Shown: in pieces, positions 14,526 through 27,510 of the stretch
Layout: every line of letters starts with the position of its first letter
How positions within the stretch are numbered: the first letter of the stretch is position 1
Assembly (NCBI RefSeq): GCF_009914755.1
Contig: NC_060940.1
Length of the DNA stretch: 64,000 bases
Strand: one strand, 5' to 3'
From: the human T2T-CHM13v2.0 reference genome, Homo sapiens
The notes under the pieces: generated by a model
Databases searched by the model: none
What the model saw: only the letters and a program-made list of their open reading frames with translations
Told to the model about the DNA's origin: nothing
Translations under genes and position numbers: made by a program

Positions 14526-15984
14526 AGTCTCAGAGGGGTAGCCAGACCCCTCAAGTTCAAGTTCACAAAGAGAATTCCATCATCAAAAACTAATGCAATG
14601 GGCACCGGAGTTGCATTAAGTTCCCCATAAGAGTGATGCAATTTGATGAACACGTGTTGGTCTAGGGGAATGGAATCAGTGGGCCAAATATGTCAGTGGT
14701 CCCAAATCTCCCACTTTCTTCTTGGAAAAGACTCCATCTCTTTGCTCGCTGAGTCACAATGAAGACATACGTTCCCCGTTGTTTCTGCTCAGAATCACTG
14801 GAAGACAATGCCCAGTGATGATGGGTTTTCTACCTGAGATAGAAGCTTTTTTGTTTTAAATGAACTTATCTTGGGGCAATAGGGGACACAGAATACAGAA
14901 TTAGAATATGAATGATATTTGGTGGTGTAGATTCTGTGACCCCTATGCCAGGGACTGCCCACTGAATCCTCTCCCCATTCTGTGAGGTGGGAAGAGGATT
15001 GGGGTTGGGGCTGGTGGTAACTAGCTCCCTTTTCACAGATAAGAAAAGTGAGCCACAGAGAAATTGTGTGATTGGCGTCTGGGACGTCTGCCTTCAGAAT
15101 TCTCAACCAATCTTCATTACCACATCTGCCTTGGGCATATTTATTCAAGGATGTAGCATGCCATGGGAGTAAGTAAGGTGGTGGGAGTGCGGGGAGAAGA
15201 ACGAAGATAAGAGTGAGACCCTGTAGGAGAGAACAAATAACTTTGAAGGACAGAAGTGTTCAATTTTCCATTTTTAATTTTGGGGGTATGCATATGCATG
15301 CCCAAACCTTTAGCCAAGTCTGCTGTGGAAACAAAGGTCTTGTGTACACAGATTTGTTTTTGTTTTTGTTTTTGTTTTTTTCTGTTGTTTTTGCTGATGT
15401 TGTTTTGGCAGGAGGTGATTGATTGGTTAATAAAAGAAGATAAGTTTCACATTTGTATCCAGGCTGGCAGAAATAAAGGAACAGAGATGAGATTTAGAGA
15501 TGGGAACTTCCTAAAAGAAGCCAGAAGTCAGATCTAAAGGTGAACTTGAGGTGGTGAAACTACCTTGGAATTCACAGGAATTGCAGCTACTCATAACTAG
15601 ATCTTAAGGGGCGGGGAGACCCCATCGTTATATGGATTCTACATTTCTTACCTCCCATATTGGGCTTTGAGCCTTTCCAGGCCAGGATCCAAATTTGGAT
15701 TCATCTTCAAAGTCCCACTAGCACATTGTAAGGACTCCATAACTGTTTACTGAATTAATACATTCAAGAGAGGCTTCTTGTGCATACATCATTACGTAGG
15801 TCAGAAATTATATTTGCCTACAAGGAAAAGACCAGATTTCAGTGTTTAAATAGGTAAGAAATCAAAAGGTGGGCATAAAGTCTGCTGTATGTCACAATGT
15901 CACAAACGTGCTTCTATCATTCTATTCTTCATGTCTTTCAAATATCCTCATGGTCCCAAAGTGGCTGCTGTATCTCCAGGCCAC

Positions 15985-16530
15985 ACCCCACCACTGCCAC
16001 CCTCCCCAGTCAACCACATCCCCACCTCTCCCACCCTCCTCACTCAACCACATCCCCACGTCTCCCACTCTCCCCACTCAACCACACCCCCACCTCTCCC
16101 ATTCTCCCCACTCAACCACATCCCCACCTCTCCCACCCTCCCTACTCAACCACACCCCCACCTCTCCCATTCTCCCCACTCAACCACACTCCCACCTCTC
16201 CCACCCTCCTCACTCAACCACACCCCCACCTCTCCCATTCTCCCCACTCACCCACACCCCCACCTCTCCCACCCTCCCCACTCAACCGCACCCCCACCTC
16301 TCCCACCCTCCCCACTCAGCCACATCCCCACCACTCCCACCCTTCCCACTCAACCACACCCCCACCTCTCCCACCCTCCCCACTCAACCACACCCCCACC
16401 TCTCCCACCCTCCTCACTCAACAACACCCCCACCTCTCCCACCCTCCCCACTCAAACACACCCCCACCTCTCCCACCCTCCCCACTCAACCACACTCCCA
16501 CCTCTCCCACCTTCCTCACCCCCTCCACAA
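15985..16530. repeat. C-rich minisatellite, 34-bp unit, ~16 copies
   Basis: Unit CTCAACCACACCCCCACCTCTCCCACCCTCCCCA, with starts at 16043, 16077 and 16111 (period 34). Confidence 0.95.
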
Positions 16531-17712
16531 CCAGTTCTCATGGCTCCAGCCACACCATTTCCTTCTGAGAGCCTTGTTCTTGTCTTCTCCATGCTCCTTC
16601 CTGCCCCATGTTCATGTCAGGAGGAAGAAAAGGAAAGAGACCAGTGGTTTTCTCTGAGCCAGGCTTTACTTGAGAAGGAAAGCCTTTCCAGGAACCTCTG
16701 GCTACATTTCACCAACTAGAACTCGCTCCAAGTGGAGGGAGGCAAGGTAGAAGGGAGTTGATACATAGGTCATAAGAAAGGAAGGGTCTTGACGTTCCTT
16801 TCAACCCAGCTGGGGATCTATCTGAAATGTAAGCATTGTTGATATCATTGCAACAGTGACAATGGCTATGAAGGAGAAAGACAGGTGCCAGCAAATGAGG
16901 AAACTGAGGCTGTGAGAGATGAACTCGCCTTAAATTACACAGCTGGGACTCTAGGGGACTTAGAAGCCCATTGTCTTTATATCTGCTGCTGGGAGGGCAG
17001 ACAGCAGCAGCCTCTCCTCTCCCGTTCTCCAGGTTCCTTCCAGTGAGGTCTGTGTTTGTTCTTTCTCAGAGGCCAGGCCAAGCCAGACCTCACAGGCAAA
17101 GCACTTTGTCTGGTGGCAAAGTCCTATATCAAACAAATTCAAGGCCTCTCAGGTCTGCAACTCTGCTCCTGCCTCACAGCCAGGGATGGAGGGATGATGC
17201 TGGGGCCACAGGAACTCTGAGTCATCGCCGGGGATGGCAGCTCTGGATAAGGCAGCAGTAGACCTCAGGCATCCCCGCACTCCTGGGGACCAGGGGCCTG
17301 GCCTGGAAAGGACCTGCATTACTGGGGATTCACACCACCCTCCCCTCACCCTGGACACCCTACCATGATGGCTCAGGTCACAGACTAGACTGGGCCCCTC
17401 TGCCAGCCTTCCCCCGACTTCACAATGCTGTATTATCAGAAACCATGAGGTGTACAGCAGAGTCAGGGTTGGGTCGGGGGGAGTGGTAATGACTCTCTAT
17501 GACTCATTTTGAAGGGCCCAGAGTCAGCGTGAGAGGGGGTGGAGGGCAAACCCAATAGCAGCTCAGAGGAGCCACAACCAGCCATAAAAATAGGTTTCAT
17601 ATCACAGCCCGGTACATCCATCTGCAGATAAGCATACAGCACAGAAACACATTTGCACGCAGCAACCCTTCCTTCACTCCGTGAAATAAACTGTGATTTT
17701 ATTCTATTCTAT

Positions 17713-17760
17713 TTCCTTCCTTCCTTCCTTCCTTCCTTCTTTCCTTCCTTCCTTCCTTCT
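17713..17760. repeat. (TTCC)n microsatellite
   Basis: Direct reading. Confidence 0.9.
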
Positions 17761-18204
17761 TTTCATTCTCTCTCTCTCCATCTCTCTTTGACAAATGCTA
17801 GTTGGTTGAGACCCAAAAAAATAATGTCATGATACCTTGAGGGGAAACCTGTTGTTAAATTATGGTGACTTAGCATATTGGCTTCGCAGCACAACTGAAC
17901 TCGGTTTGAACTTGCTGATGTGTGAACCAAGCCAAGTAACTTAGCCTCTGGCATCGGACCACTTTTCTAAACCACTAACACCATGATTCCATTTCCTGAC
18001 CTTTCTTCCAGACCACACCATGACCTCCAACCCGTCCTCTCTAAAATGCACCCTGGACCTCATGGCTGCACGTTCCCACTGCATGCACTTTCCACCTGCA
18101 GCCCGCCAGCCCTTGTCCACACCCCTCATGCATTCCTTTTGATCTTAATAAAAAGACAAAGTTCCTGCCTTGGCTGGAAAAATCAACAAAGGCTAAGTGG
18201 TTTC

Positions 18205-18720
18205 CCGCTCTCCCCACTCAAGTCCACCCCCACTAGTCCACCCTCTCACCCTCCCAACTCAACACCACCCCCACCACTCCCACCCTCCCCACTCAACCCC
18301 ACTCCCACCACTCCCACCCTCCCCGCTCAACCTCACCCCCACCACTCCATCCTCCACACTCAACTCCACCCCCACCACTCCCACCCTCCCCACTCAACCC
18401 CACCCCCACCTCTCCACCCTCCCCACTCAACCCCACCCCCACCACTCCACCCTCCCCACTCAACCCCACCCCCACCACTCCCACCTTCCCCACTCAACCC
18501 CACCCCCACCACTCCACCCTCCACACTCAACCCCACCCCCACCACTCCCACCCTCCCCACTCAATCACACCCTCACCACTTCCACCCTCCACACTCAACC
18601 CCACCCTCACCACTCCCACTCTCCCCATTCAAGCCCACCCCACTCTCCCTCCATCCACACTCAACCCCACCCCCATCACTCCCACCCTCCACAGTCAACC
18701 TACTTCCATCACTCCCACGC
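18205..18720. repeat. C-rich minisatellite, 33-34-bp unit, ~15 copies, related to the 15985 array
   Basis: Unit CTCAACCCCACCCCCACCACTCCCACCCTCCCCA. Confidence 0.95.
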
Positions 18721-19384
18721 TTCCCCCAAAATGGGGAAGGAGGAAGGGAAAAAAGGGGGTCTGAAATGCAATAATGTATGTAAGGAATTTAGCACTATTT
18801 TTGGCATAGAGTGAGCAATCACTCAAGGTGGGGACCATCTCTATCCCCAAGTGCTGATGTTGAAACTAACTGCTGAGAGGAGAGAAGTGTCTAGGCATTG
18901 GGTGATGAGGTCAGATCTGTGTTTTAGGAGTGGTGTATACTTTTGCTGGCTTCTGCTCTTTGGTTCCATCTTTGAAACCCCATGACCTTCTGTTCTTCCT
19001 GATATCATGGGTGCTCTCGTCCTGTCCTGTGGCTACATCCTGCCTCTGGGCTGGAGACCCCCACACTCACATCACTAGTCCAGCTTCTGTCCTTGACTCC
19101 AGGCTCGTTCATCCAGCTGCCTCCTGGACATGTCCCCTCAACTCTCCAGTGGGCCACAAAATAATCATGGCCACAAAACCCCTTGATCAGCCTCTCCTCC
19201 CCACTCAAGCCTGCCCTCCCTCCCCATCTCAGTAAAGGGCATCTTCTCCATTTTGGGCTTTCCTTCACAGCCCCACATCCTCCATCAGCAAGTCTTTGTG
19301 GTTCTGCCTCAAAATAAATCCCCAGTGGACGCTCTCCAGTCCCACTGGCACCATCCAAGCCTCCATCATGGCTCATTTCCTGGG

Positions 19385-20333
19385 ATCGGCAGAATAATAG
19401 GCCCCAAAGGTGCCCACTACCCAAAATCTCCAAAACCTGTGACTGGGTGACCTCACATGGCAACAGGGACTGTCAAGATGTGATTAAGCTAAGGACCTTG
19501 AGATAGTGAGATTATCCTGGTTGTCTAGATGAGCCCGGTGGTAGTCCATTCTTGAAATGCTATAAAGAAACATCTGAGACTGGGTCATTTGTAAAAAAAG
19601 AGGTTTAATCGGCTCACAGTTCTGCAGGCTGTACATGAAGCATGCTAGCATCTCTTTCTGGGGAGGCTTCTGGAAGCTTCTCTTCATGGTGGAAGGCAAA
19701 TCGAGAGCAGGCGCCCCACATGGCGAAAGCAGGAGCAAGAGAGCCAGAGGGAGACGCTCCCTATTTTTAAATGAACTGATCTCATGAGAATTCACTCACT
19801 ATCGAGAGGACAGTACCAAGGGGGATGGTACTGTCCCCATTCATGAGAAATCCACCCCCATGATCCAGTCACTTCCCACCAGGCCCCACCTCCAACACTC
19901 AGGACTACATTTCAATATGAGATTTGGGCAGGCTCACAGATCCAAACTATATCAAGTCCAATGTAATCAGAGGGGTCCTTAGGAAAGGGAGGCAGGAGGG
20001 TCAGAGTTACTGTAGAGGTGATGATGAGGGAGAGACAGAGAGAGACAGGAGGAGGGAGATTTGAAAATGCTATATTTCTGTTTTTCAAGATGAGCGAGAA
20101 GTCACAACCTGCATCTGCAGGCAGCCTCTAGAAGCTGGGAAAGGCAAGGAATGGATTCTCCCTTGGAGCTTCCAGAAGGAACACAATCCTGCTGACACCT
20201 TGATTTTAACCCAGTGAGACCCATGTCAGATTTCTGACCTACAAAACCATGGGATAATAAATATGCGTGTGTGTGTTTTTTAAGCCACATGAGATTTGTG
20301 GTAAGCTTGTTACAGCAGCAATGGGAAACTCAC
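19385..20333 (+). mobile_element. MLT1D-like LTR (host of an MST insertion)
   Basis: ggcagaataatag gccccaaag start...ctagaagctgggaaaggcaaggaatggattctccc...tgttacagcagcaatgggaaact end. Confidence 0.85.
19537..19954 (-). mobile_element. MST (MSTB-like) MaLR solo LTR
   Basis: tagtccattcttg...ggctcacagttctgcaggctgtaca...atccaaactatatca, with 5-bp TSD agccc/agtcc. Confidence 0.85.
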
Positions 20334-21861
20334 CCACCTCTTCACTGTCTCTGCCTCTTAACTGGTCTCCCTACGGTTCCTCTTGGCCTGTTACTCCATT
20401 CTCTGCACAGTAGACAACGTGGGCTTCATAAAACCTTCTATCAGATCACATCACTTTGGCAAAGAAAACCTTCCAATGGCTTCCATCATCCTTAGAACAA
20501 AATTCCAACTGTTCAACATGGCTGAAGAAGTCCAGTTCCTAGTCTCTCTGAGTACACCCTCCCTCCGATGTCCCCCTCTTGCCCCCACTTCTCTAGACTC
20601 TAAACACCCTGGACGTCTTTCTTTTCCTTGAGCAATTCACCCATGTTGCCACCTCCAGGCATTTTTCTGGGCTGTTTCTCTTCCAGGAATTTTCTTGTCA
20701 TTTGCCCTTAAGGGCTTGGTCTGAGGTCTTCTCTGATGACATCTGCATGTTAAAAAAAAAAAAAAAAAAAAAAGCCCCTCTGTCCTTGGCAAATCTCTAT
20801 CACGTTCCCCTGGTTTATTTCATCTCTACCATTTATCAGTAACTGAAATTACCTTATTCATTTATTTATTTCTTTGCCTACAATTGTGTGGTTGATGCGG
20901 GGAGTGAGGCAGTTGTTTCTCAGTCCCCCAGCACTCGAATGATGGCTGGGCTATGGCAGCACTCAATATTTATCAGTTTGGATGAAGGAATGCATGCATG
21001 CATGAATGAATGAAAGGAGGAACGCAGCCCTATATAGTGGCTGGCGCAGAGTCAGTGTTGAATAAAGATGACTTATTTAATATCCTTATCATGATGATGA
21101 CCAATGAGAAAGTGGCTTGTTCACCATGAAGTCCTACACACAAGTGTGTCTTCCTCATTAACTGCGTTAGCTCCCCTGCTGGGGGAGAGCCAGCTGGGAC
21201 TGCCTTGGGTCTCAGCACCCCAAGAATCAAGTTGAAAGATGCAGGGGCCTGGCATGGGGTGTAGGAAGTCTGAGCTGGCAGAGACCCAGTCTAGTGGCCA
21301 GACAAGAAGAAAGAAAGTTCCTTGGGGGAGACGCTTGTGTTATTACAAGTGCAAACTTAGAGAGGCAACAAATGCCTATTTCTCAGTGTACACACACACA
21401 CACACATATGCACATACACACACACACACCCCACCTCAGACCCACCAGGGCCCTGCCAGCAGATCCAGCGGATGAGAAACCTCTGGAGGATGAATTTGCA
21501 GACGCCTCCCCAGGCGCTATCTGGAGCGACCCACCAGTCATTAACACTCTATGCAGCTGAGCACATGCTTTTTATTGGGATGAGTATAAATAAACAACAA
21601 CAGGAGACTTGAAAAAAATGACCCCCAGAGGAAACCCGATCCTCAGGCAATTAGAGCACTTCTGTTCAGATAATTGCTGGCTGAAATGGTGAGCTGGGTG
21701 CCAATCCTCCAAAGGCAACAACACTGGCCACCACAGGCTGATTGCAGCCCCCCAGCCACGTGAGCCTCCCTGCCTTTGTCTGCTACTCAGTGAAGGGAAA
21801 CCCAGAGTGTGAATAGTGCATGCACCATGTTCAGTGAATCTGGCAGTGAGTGTGGCCAAGG

Positions 21862-22064
21862 CAGGGGTTCTCACAGGGGTGGGTGATTTTAGCCCCCAGG
21901 GTAAGTTTGGCAATGTCTGGAAATAATTTTGGTTGCTCCAGCCGGCATTTAATGGGTGGAGGCCAAAGATGCTGCTAAACGCCCTGCAATGCCCAGGATA
22001 AGCTCCCACAATAGAGAATTGTACAGCCCAAAGTTATCTGCAGTGCTGCAGTTGAGAAGCCCTG
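21862..22064. mobile_element. MER20 (hAT-Charlie)
   Basis: Terminal inverted repeats CAGGGGTTCTCA...TGAGAAGCCCTG and internal tttggcaatgtctgga...gatgctgctaaac. Confidence 0.85.
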
Positions 22065-23488
22065 GTTTAGAGAGAGGAGCTCCCTAAACATCTACAAAGG
22101 CAGAAGCTGCTAATGGACTCAGAACACTCACCATGGGCCAAACACTGTCAAACATAAGGCTCCATCGCCGAATCCTCATAACAGCATTATGAGGTTTAAT
22201 TACCACCTTAGTTTCACAGATAATGAATGAAACTGAGAGCAAAGGAGCTTCTAGAAGATGTTAAGCAACTTGTTCAAGATCCCACTGCTAGTCCACACAC
22301 GGCCAGCCTTCGAAGCCGAATTGACCCCAAAGCCTGGCTTTTGGCCCCAGGCACAACCAGTGCTCACAGTTATAAAGCTCTTACTTTGTGCCAGTCACTC
22401 TCACACATACCACCTTCTAGACTCCATGGGAAATGTGGAATGGTCGGGAAAACACAGCCTTTGGCTTCCTATGGACCTGAATTCTATGACCTGCTCTGCC
22501 ATTTTTATTTGCCACGAAATCTTGGGCATGTTAGTGAAACTCTCTTGTTTCTTTATCTGTGAAATGGGCCAATAATGTGACCCGCCAAAGGGTTTATGCA
22601 GTATTGTATGTAAATGCCTTCCAACAGGGCCTAGCACACTGACCTCAGTGAACAGTAGCTATGACTGTGATTGTTACTACTGAGTTTGAAATTCAGAGCC
22701 ACAGAGGTGCTGATTTTTATTAGGGAAACGGCCACATAGCGCAAGCAAGGGAGACTGAGGGTGGGGGGCAAGAAGGTGAGAGGGACAGGAGGCAGTCCAT
22801 TCCTGTAGCTGCCAGAACTGTTGCACCCAATGTCCCTTTGTCCTCCCTCCTTTGGGGAAAGTGCTGTGTTTGGTTTGCTGGTGAAGGCCCATGATCCTCT
22901 GTCTCACAGAAATAATCAAACCTGTAAACATAAAAGAGTGGGCTGCAGGGAGGGCAGGGGGATTCCACTGCAGAGTATAGGGCCACTCTGTCTTTGAGCC
23001 TGTTGGAGGTGGGGCAGGGGCTAGGATCACCCCCAGACAACACACATAGCTAGGCTTCTTCCCTTATGAAGGGAGGAGAATTAACACTTTTTCCCCATCT
23101 GTTCTGCAAAGGTACTTTAGATACAGCTCATCCAATTTTCCCAGAAATCCCTGCAAAGTCATATTACACCCATCTCACAACTGGGAAAATTGAGGCCCAG
23201 TGAGGTTTGTTAATGTGGTCACAGTTGTACAGCTGGGAAATGGCAGCTCTGAGCCCTGATTCAGTGCTGATGCCTTTAACCACTCCACCTCAGGCCCAGT
23301 GTGACTGTGCAATATGGTGCTAAGACTGGTGGGCCCACTGGGGGCTTCTCTCTACCTCCTTTCTCTATCCCACTAGGGACTGTTGGCCACAGTAAGCATA
23401 TGTCCCAAGCCCCAGACCAGCCTCTTGGTCTGAAAAGATTGAGTGTACTTAGCAGGCACAATGGGACTAAAATCAGGACCTCCTAGAA

Positions 23489-23681
23489 CAGCACTGTCCC
23501 ACAGAACTTTTGGACAATGCAAGTGTTCTATATTCACGCTATTCAATGTAGTGGCTGCTAGCCACAGGTGTGAGCTAGTACAATTTCAGAACAGGATGTT
23601 CAATTTTATTTAATTTTAATCAATTGAGTTTATGTATTTAAAGTCACATGTGGCTAGTGGCTTCCACATTGGACAGTGCAG
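23489..23681. mobile_element. MER3-like DNA transposon
   Basis: cagcactgtcc...cacatgtggctagtggc...ttggacagtgcag, with inverted termini. Confidence 0.8.
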
Positions 23682-23984
23682 GGAAAATGTAGGACTCAGT
23701 CTGTGGGCTTTTTGCTAACCATGTCCTTCTCAATGATTCCTTCAGGTCAACCAGCCCTCCATTTCTCTGGGCTAAGGGGTGAGGAAGCCTCTTGGATGAG
23801 CTGAGTTCACAGAGGATCCCCCTTTCATGTTTCCAGTCAGTCACAGGTCAGTCAGCCCACCCACAGACATATGCTGAGACCCTATTGTGAGCCAAGCCCA
23901 AGCCAGGTGTGGGCACCGTCCCTACCCTGGAGGAGGTCCTGGGCTAATAGGACAAGTTAAAGAATAGCAATAATCATATAATGA

Positions 23985-24660
23985 TATCAATGATGATGAT
24001 GATCATTATGGTGGTGGTGCCAGTGATGATGAAGATAGTGAAAATGGCAATAATGACAGTAGTGATGGTGGTGGTGATGATAGTGATAAACATGGTGGTA
24101 GTAATGATGAAGATGGTGATGATGTTGATGATGGTGATGATGATGATGGTGATGAAGATGGTGATGACTATAGTGGTGGTGATGATGGTGATGAAGATGG
24201 TGATGACTCTAGTGATGGTGATGATGGTGATGAAGATGGTGATGACTATAGTGATGGTGATGATGGTGATGAAGATCATGATGACTATAGTGATGGTGAT
24301 GATGATGATGGTGATGATGATGATGGTGATGACTGTAGTGGTGATGATGATGGTGATGAAGATGGTGATGACTATAGTGATGGTGATGATGGTGATGAAG
24401 ACAGTGATGACTATAGTGATGGTGATGATGATGATGGTAATGATAATGGTGATGAAGATGGTGATGACTATAGTGATGGTGATAATGGTGATGACTACAG
24501 TGGTGATGATGATAGTGATGAAGATGGTGATGACTATAGTGATGGTGATGATGTTGATGATGGTAACAGTGGTGATGACGATGGTGATAATGACAATGGT
24601 GATGGTGATGATGGTGGTGATGGTGATGATGACAGACAATGATGCAGCTAATGATGAACA
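23985..24660. repeat. Degenerate (GAT/GGT)n trinucleotide tract
   Basis: ~670 bp of gat/ggt/gaa triplets with a recurring gatggtgatgaagatggtgatgactatagt block. Confidence 0.95.
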
Positions 24661-24699
24661 ATGATAGTGTTGCTGATAAAGTCACTATCGATGAAATAA

Positions 24700-25155
24700 G
24701 AACAGGGACTTGGAATCATCCTCTGGATTCAAATCCACATTCCACCACTTACTAGCTATGAAGCCATGGGCAAGTCATTTACCCTCTTTGACCCTCAGAT
24801 TTCTCTTTTGAAAAATAAAATTAATAAAAGCATGTCTGCCTAAGATGGCTAAGATCATTAAATAAAACACGTAAAGCATAGCCTGACACATGAAGGAATG
24901 AATAAATATTAGCTTTATTATTATTAGTCACTACTATTTATTCAGGGAATACTACTTCTCAAGTTAATGTCTTAATCTCAGTTAGTCTTCACATTGACTC
25001 TACCTCATTTCCATTTGACAAATAAGAAAACTGAGGCTCGGATAAGTTTAGAGAATTTGCCCAGGTTCTTAGGAACAAGTGGGAGTGCTGTGACTTGAAT
25101 GCCAGTCTACACGACTTCAAAACTTTTCAGGTTGCCTAGTTGCCCACTGTGCTGC
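24700..25155. mobile_element. Two MIRs tail-to-tail
   Basis: ttcaaatccacattccaccacttactagct...gggcaagtcatttaccctct (plus), then gaaaactgaggctcggataagttt (minus). Confidence 0.65.
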
Positions 25156-26346
25156 AAGTTAGGCACAATAAGCAGACTCAACATGGCATGGTAGAAAGAG
25201 AGAAAATGTGGATGCCTGCGTGCACCAGCTAAGTGGTTGGGATAACTTCATTTCTTATGGCTTCAGTGCCTCACCCATAAAATAGAACCATTTCTGTCCC
25301 TGGATCAGTGTAGGGAATCCATGGAAGCATATGAGTTCATCAATACAGTAGTCCATGGAAAAGCCTCATGTGGAGCTGGCACCCAGCCACAGTCAATATT
25401 AGCTCACGTTATCAGCGAGTATTGAACCATTTTTCACAGGCCCTACTTACAGCACCCCACAAGTACTCCCTTGATGACCTTTTCTCTCTCCCCTTTAATG
25501 ACACACAGTGCTAACCTCCAAAGCCCTTTTCCTGAGTGGGACAAAGGAGTGTGTTACTTCCCCACACAGTTTTGCACTACTCGGCAAGGCCACAGCGAGG
25601 GGGGTATGAGCTCTTCAGGGTCTTGGTACACCCCTGCCACAGACCCTCCCCGGGTTATCACCCTGGTGCATCAGAGTGTAAAGACTCCACAAGGAATTCT
25701 GAAATCACCAATGATCTGCTGAGGTGAGAGCTGCCAGGGAAGGGAGAGGGTATTTATAAACCTGGCGCTGGTGACTGAGCCCTTAGGAAACTGAGAGAGA
25801 GCAGCTTTCCTGCCCCGCAGGGAAACCAAAGAGGAAAAACACCAACAGGCTTCAACTTTGGGCTCGAGTCAAAAGCCACTGAGGGTGCATCCAGGTCCCC
25901 TTCTAAATTTAGAACATTCAGCCAAACCATTTCTCCAGCTCACCGAGCGTCTTTTCCCTTGGCTGGGGAAAGCCAGGGGGCTTCTGAAAGCCAGGGACAC
26001 AGATGGGAGGTCAGATCCAAACCTGCTTTGCCTCCATTTTTGTTTCCATTGCACTGGGGCCAAGACACTCCAGGCCTTTCTCATGCCTGAGACAGGAGAG
26101 TGGGGTATAAAGCAATTTGAAGTCAGAGAGGATGTTCAAATGTTGGCACTGGCTGCTGATTCTAACCAGCCTAAGATCTCAGACTAGCATCTTAAGCTTC
26201 CTGTATCTCATTTCCTTCATCTATAAGGTAAGAAAACCTTGGGCAGGTGACTTTTACCCAGGTGAGTCTTCATTTCATCACCTCTTACAACAGGAAAGGA
26301 AGGCTTCCCAGGTATCTTCTAGTCCCCAACCCTCAGTTTCCTTATA

Positions 26347-26781
<435 letters not shown>

Positions 26782-27155
26782 AATTTCCCTATATTTCACA
26801 GGAGAGCAAGACTTACTAGATATCTTCCAGTCCCCAAGCCTCAGTTTCCCTATCTTTCACAGGGAAAAATTACGACTCAGAAAAATTCCAAGAGGGTTAA
26901 GTACAATGGCAAGCCAAGAGTGCCTAGCCCAGGGACATATGGTGACACTCAATCCATGTGGGTAGAACCAAGATGGAAACTAGAATCTGCAAGTCTCTAT
27001 TCTGAGTCTCTCTTTCTCTCCTTCTTTTTTTAATAACTTCAACACACGTATTTAAACATTGCCTATGTGATCCCCAGCCCTATTATTAGTCCAGAGATAA
27101 AAACAGGGGTCAGAGCAATTGTAATCAAAAGCCATTTCTCTATCCCCGACCCTGG

Positions 27156-27510
27156 TGCTATGGTGTGAATTTTTGTGTTCCCCTAAAATTCCTATGTTGA
27201 AATGTAACTGCCAAGGTGATGGTATTAGGAGGCGGGGCCTTTACGAGTTGATTAGGTTATGAGGGCAAATCCACCATGAATGGAATCAGTGCCCTTATAA
27301 AATAGGCCTGAGAGAGCTCCCTGCTCCTTCCATCATGTGAGGACGCAGTGAGAAGGTGCCATCTGAGAAAGTAGGCTCTCACCAGACATAAAATCTACTG
27401 GTGCCTTGATCTTGGACTTCCCAGCCTCTAGAACTGTGAGCAATGGATTTCAGTGGCTTATAGGCTACCCAGTTTATGGTATTTTGTTATAGCGGCCTGG
27501 ATGAATTAGT
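27156..27510 (+). mobile_element. MLT1A-like MaLR solo LTR
   Basis: tgctatggtgtgaat...ccttgatcttggacttcccagcctctagaactgtgag...ggtattttgttatagc. Confidence 0.85.

Larger units (their letters stand above)
18990..21013 (+). mobile_element. L2 3' portion, split by LTR insertions
   Basis: L2-like tccagctgcctcctggacatgtcc... before 19385, resuming after 20333 and ending in gaatgaatgaa. Confidence 0.7.

Noticed and set aside
15869-18814. Long Pro/His/Thr-rich ORFs (205-276 aa)
   Set aside because: They are translations of the C-rich minisatellites, which lack stop codons in several frames by composition.
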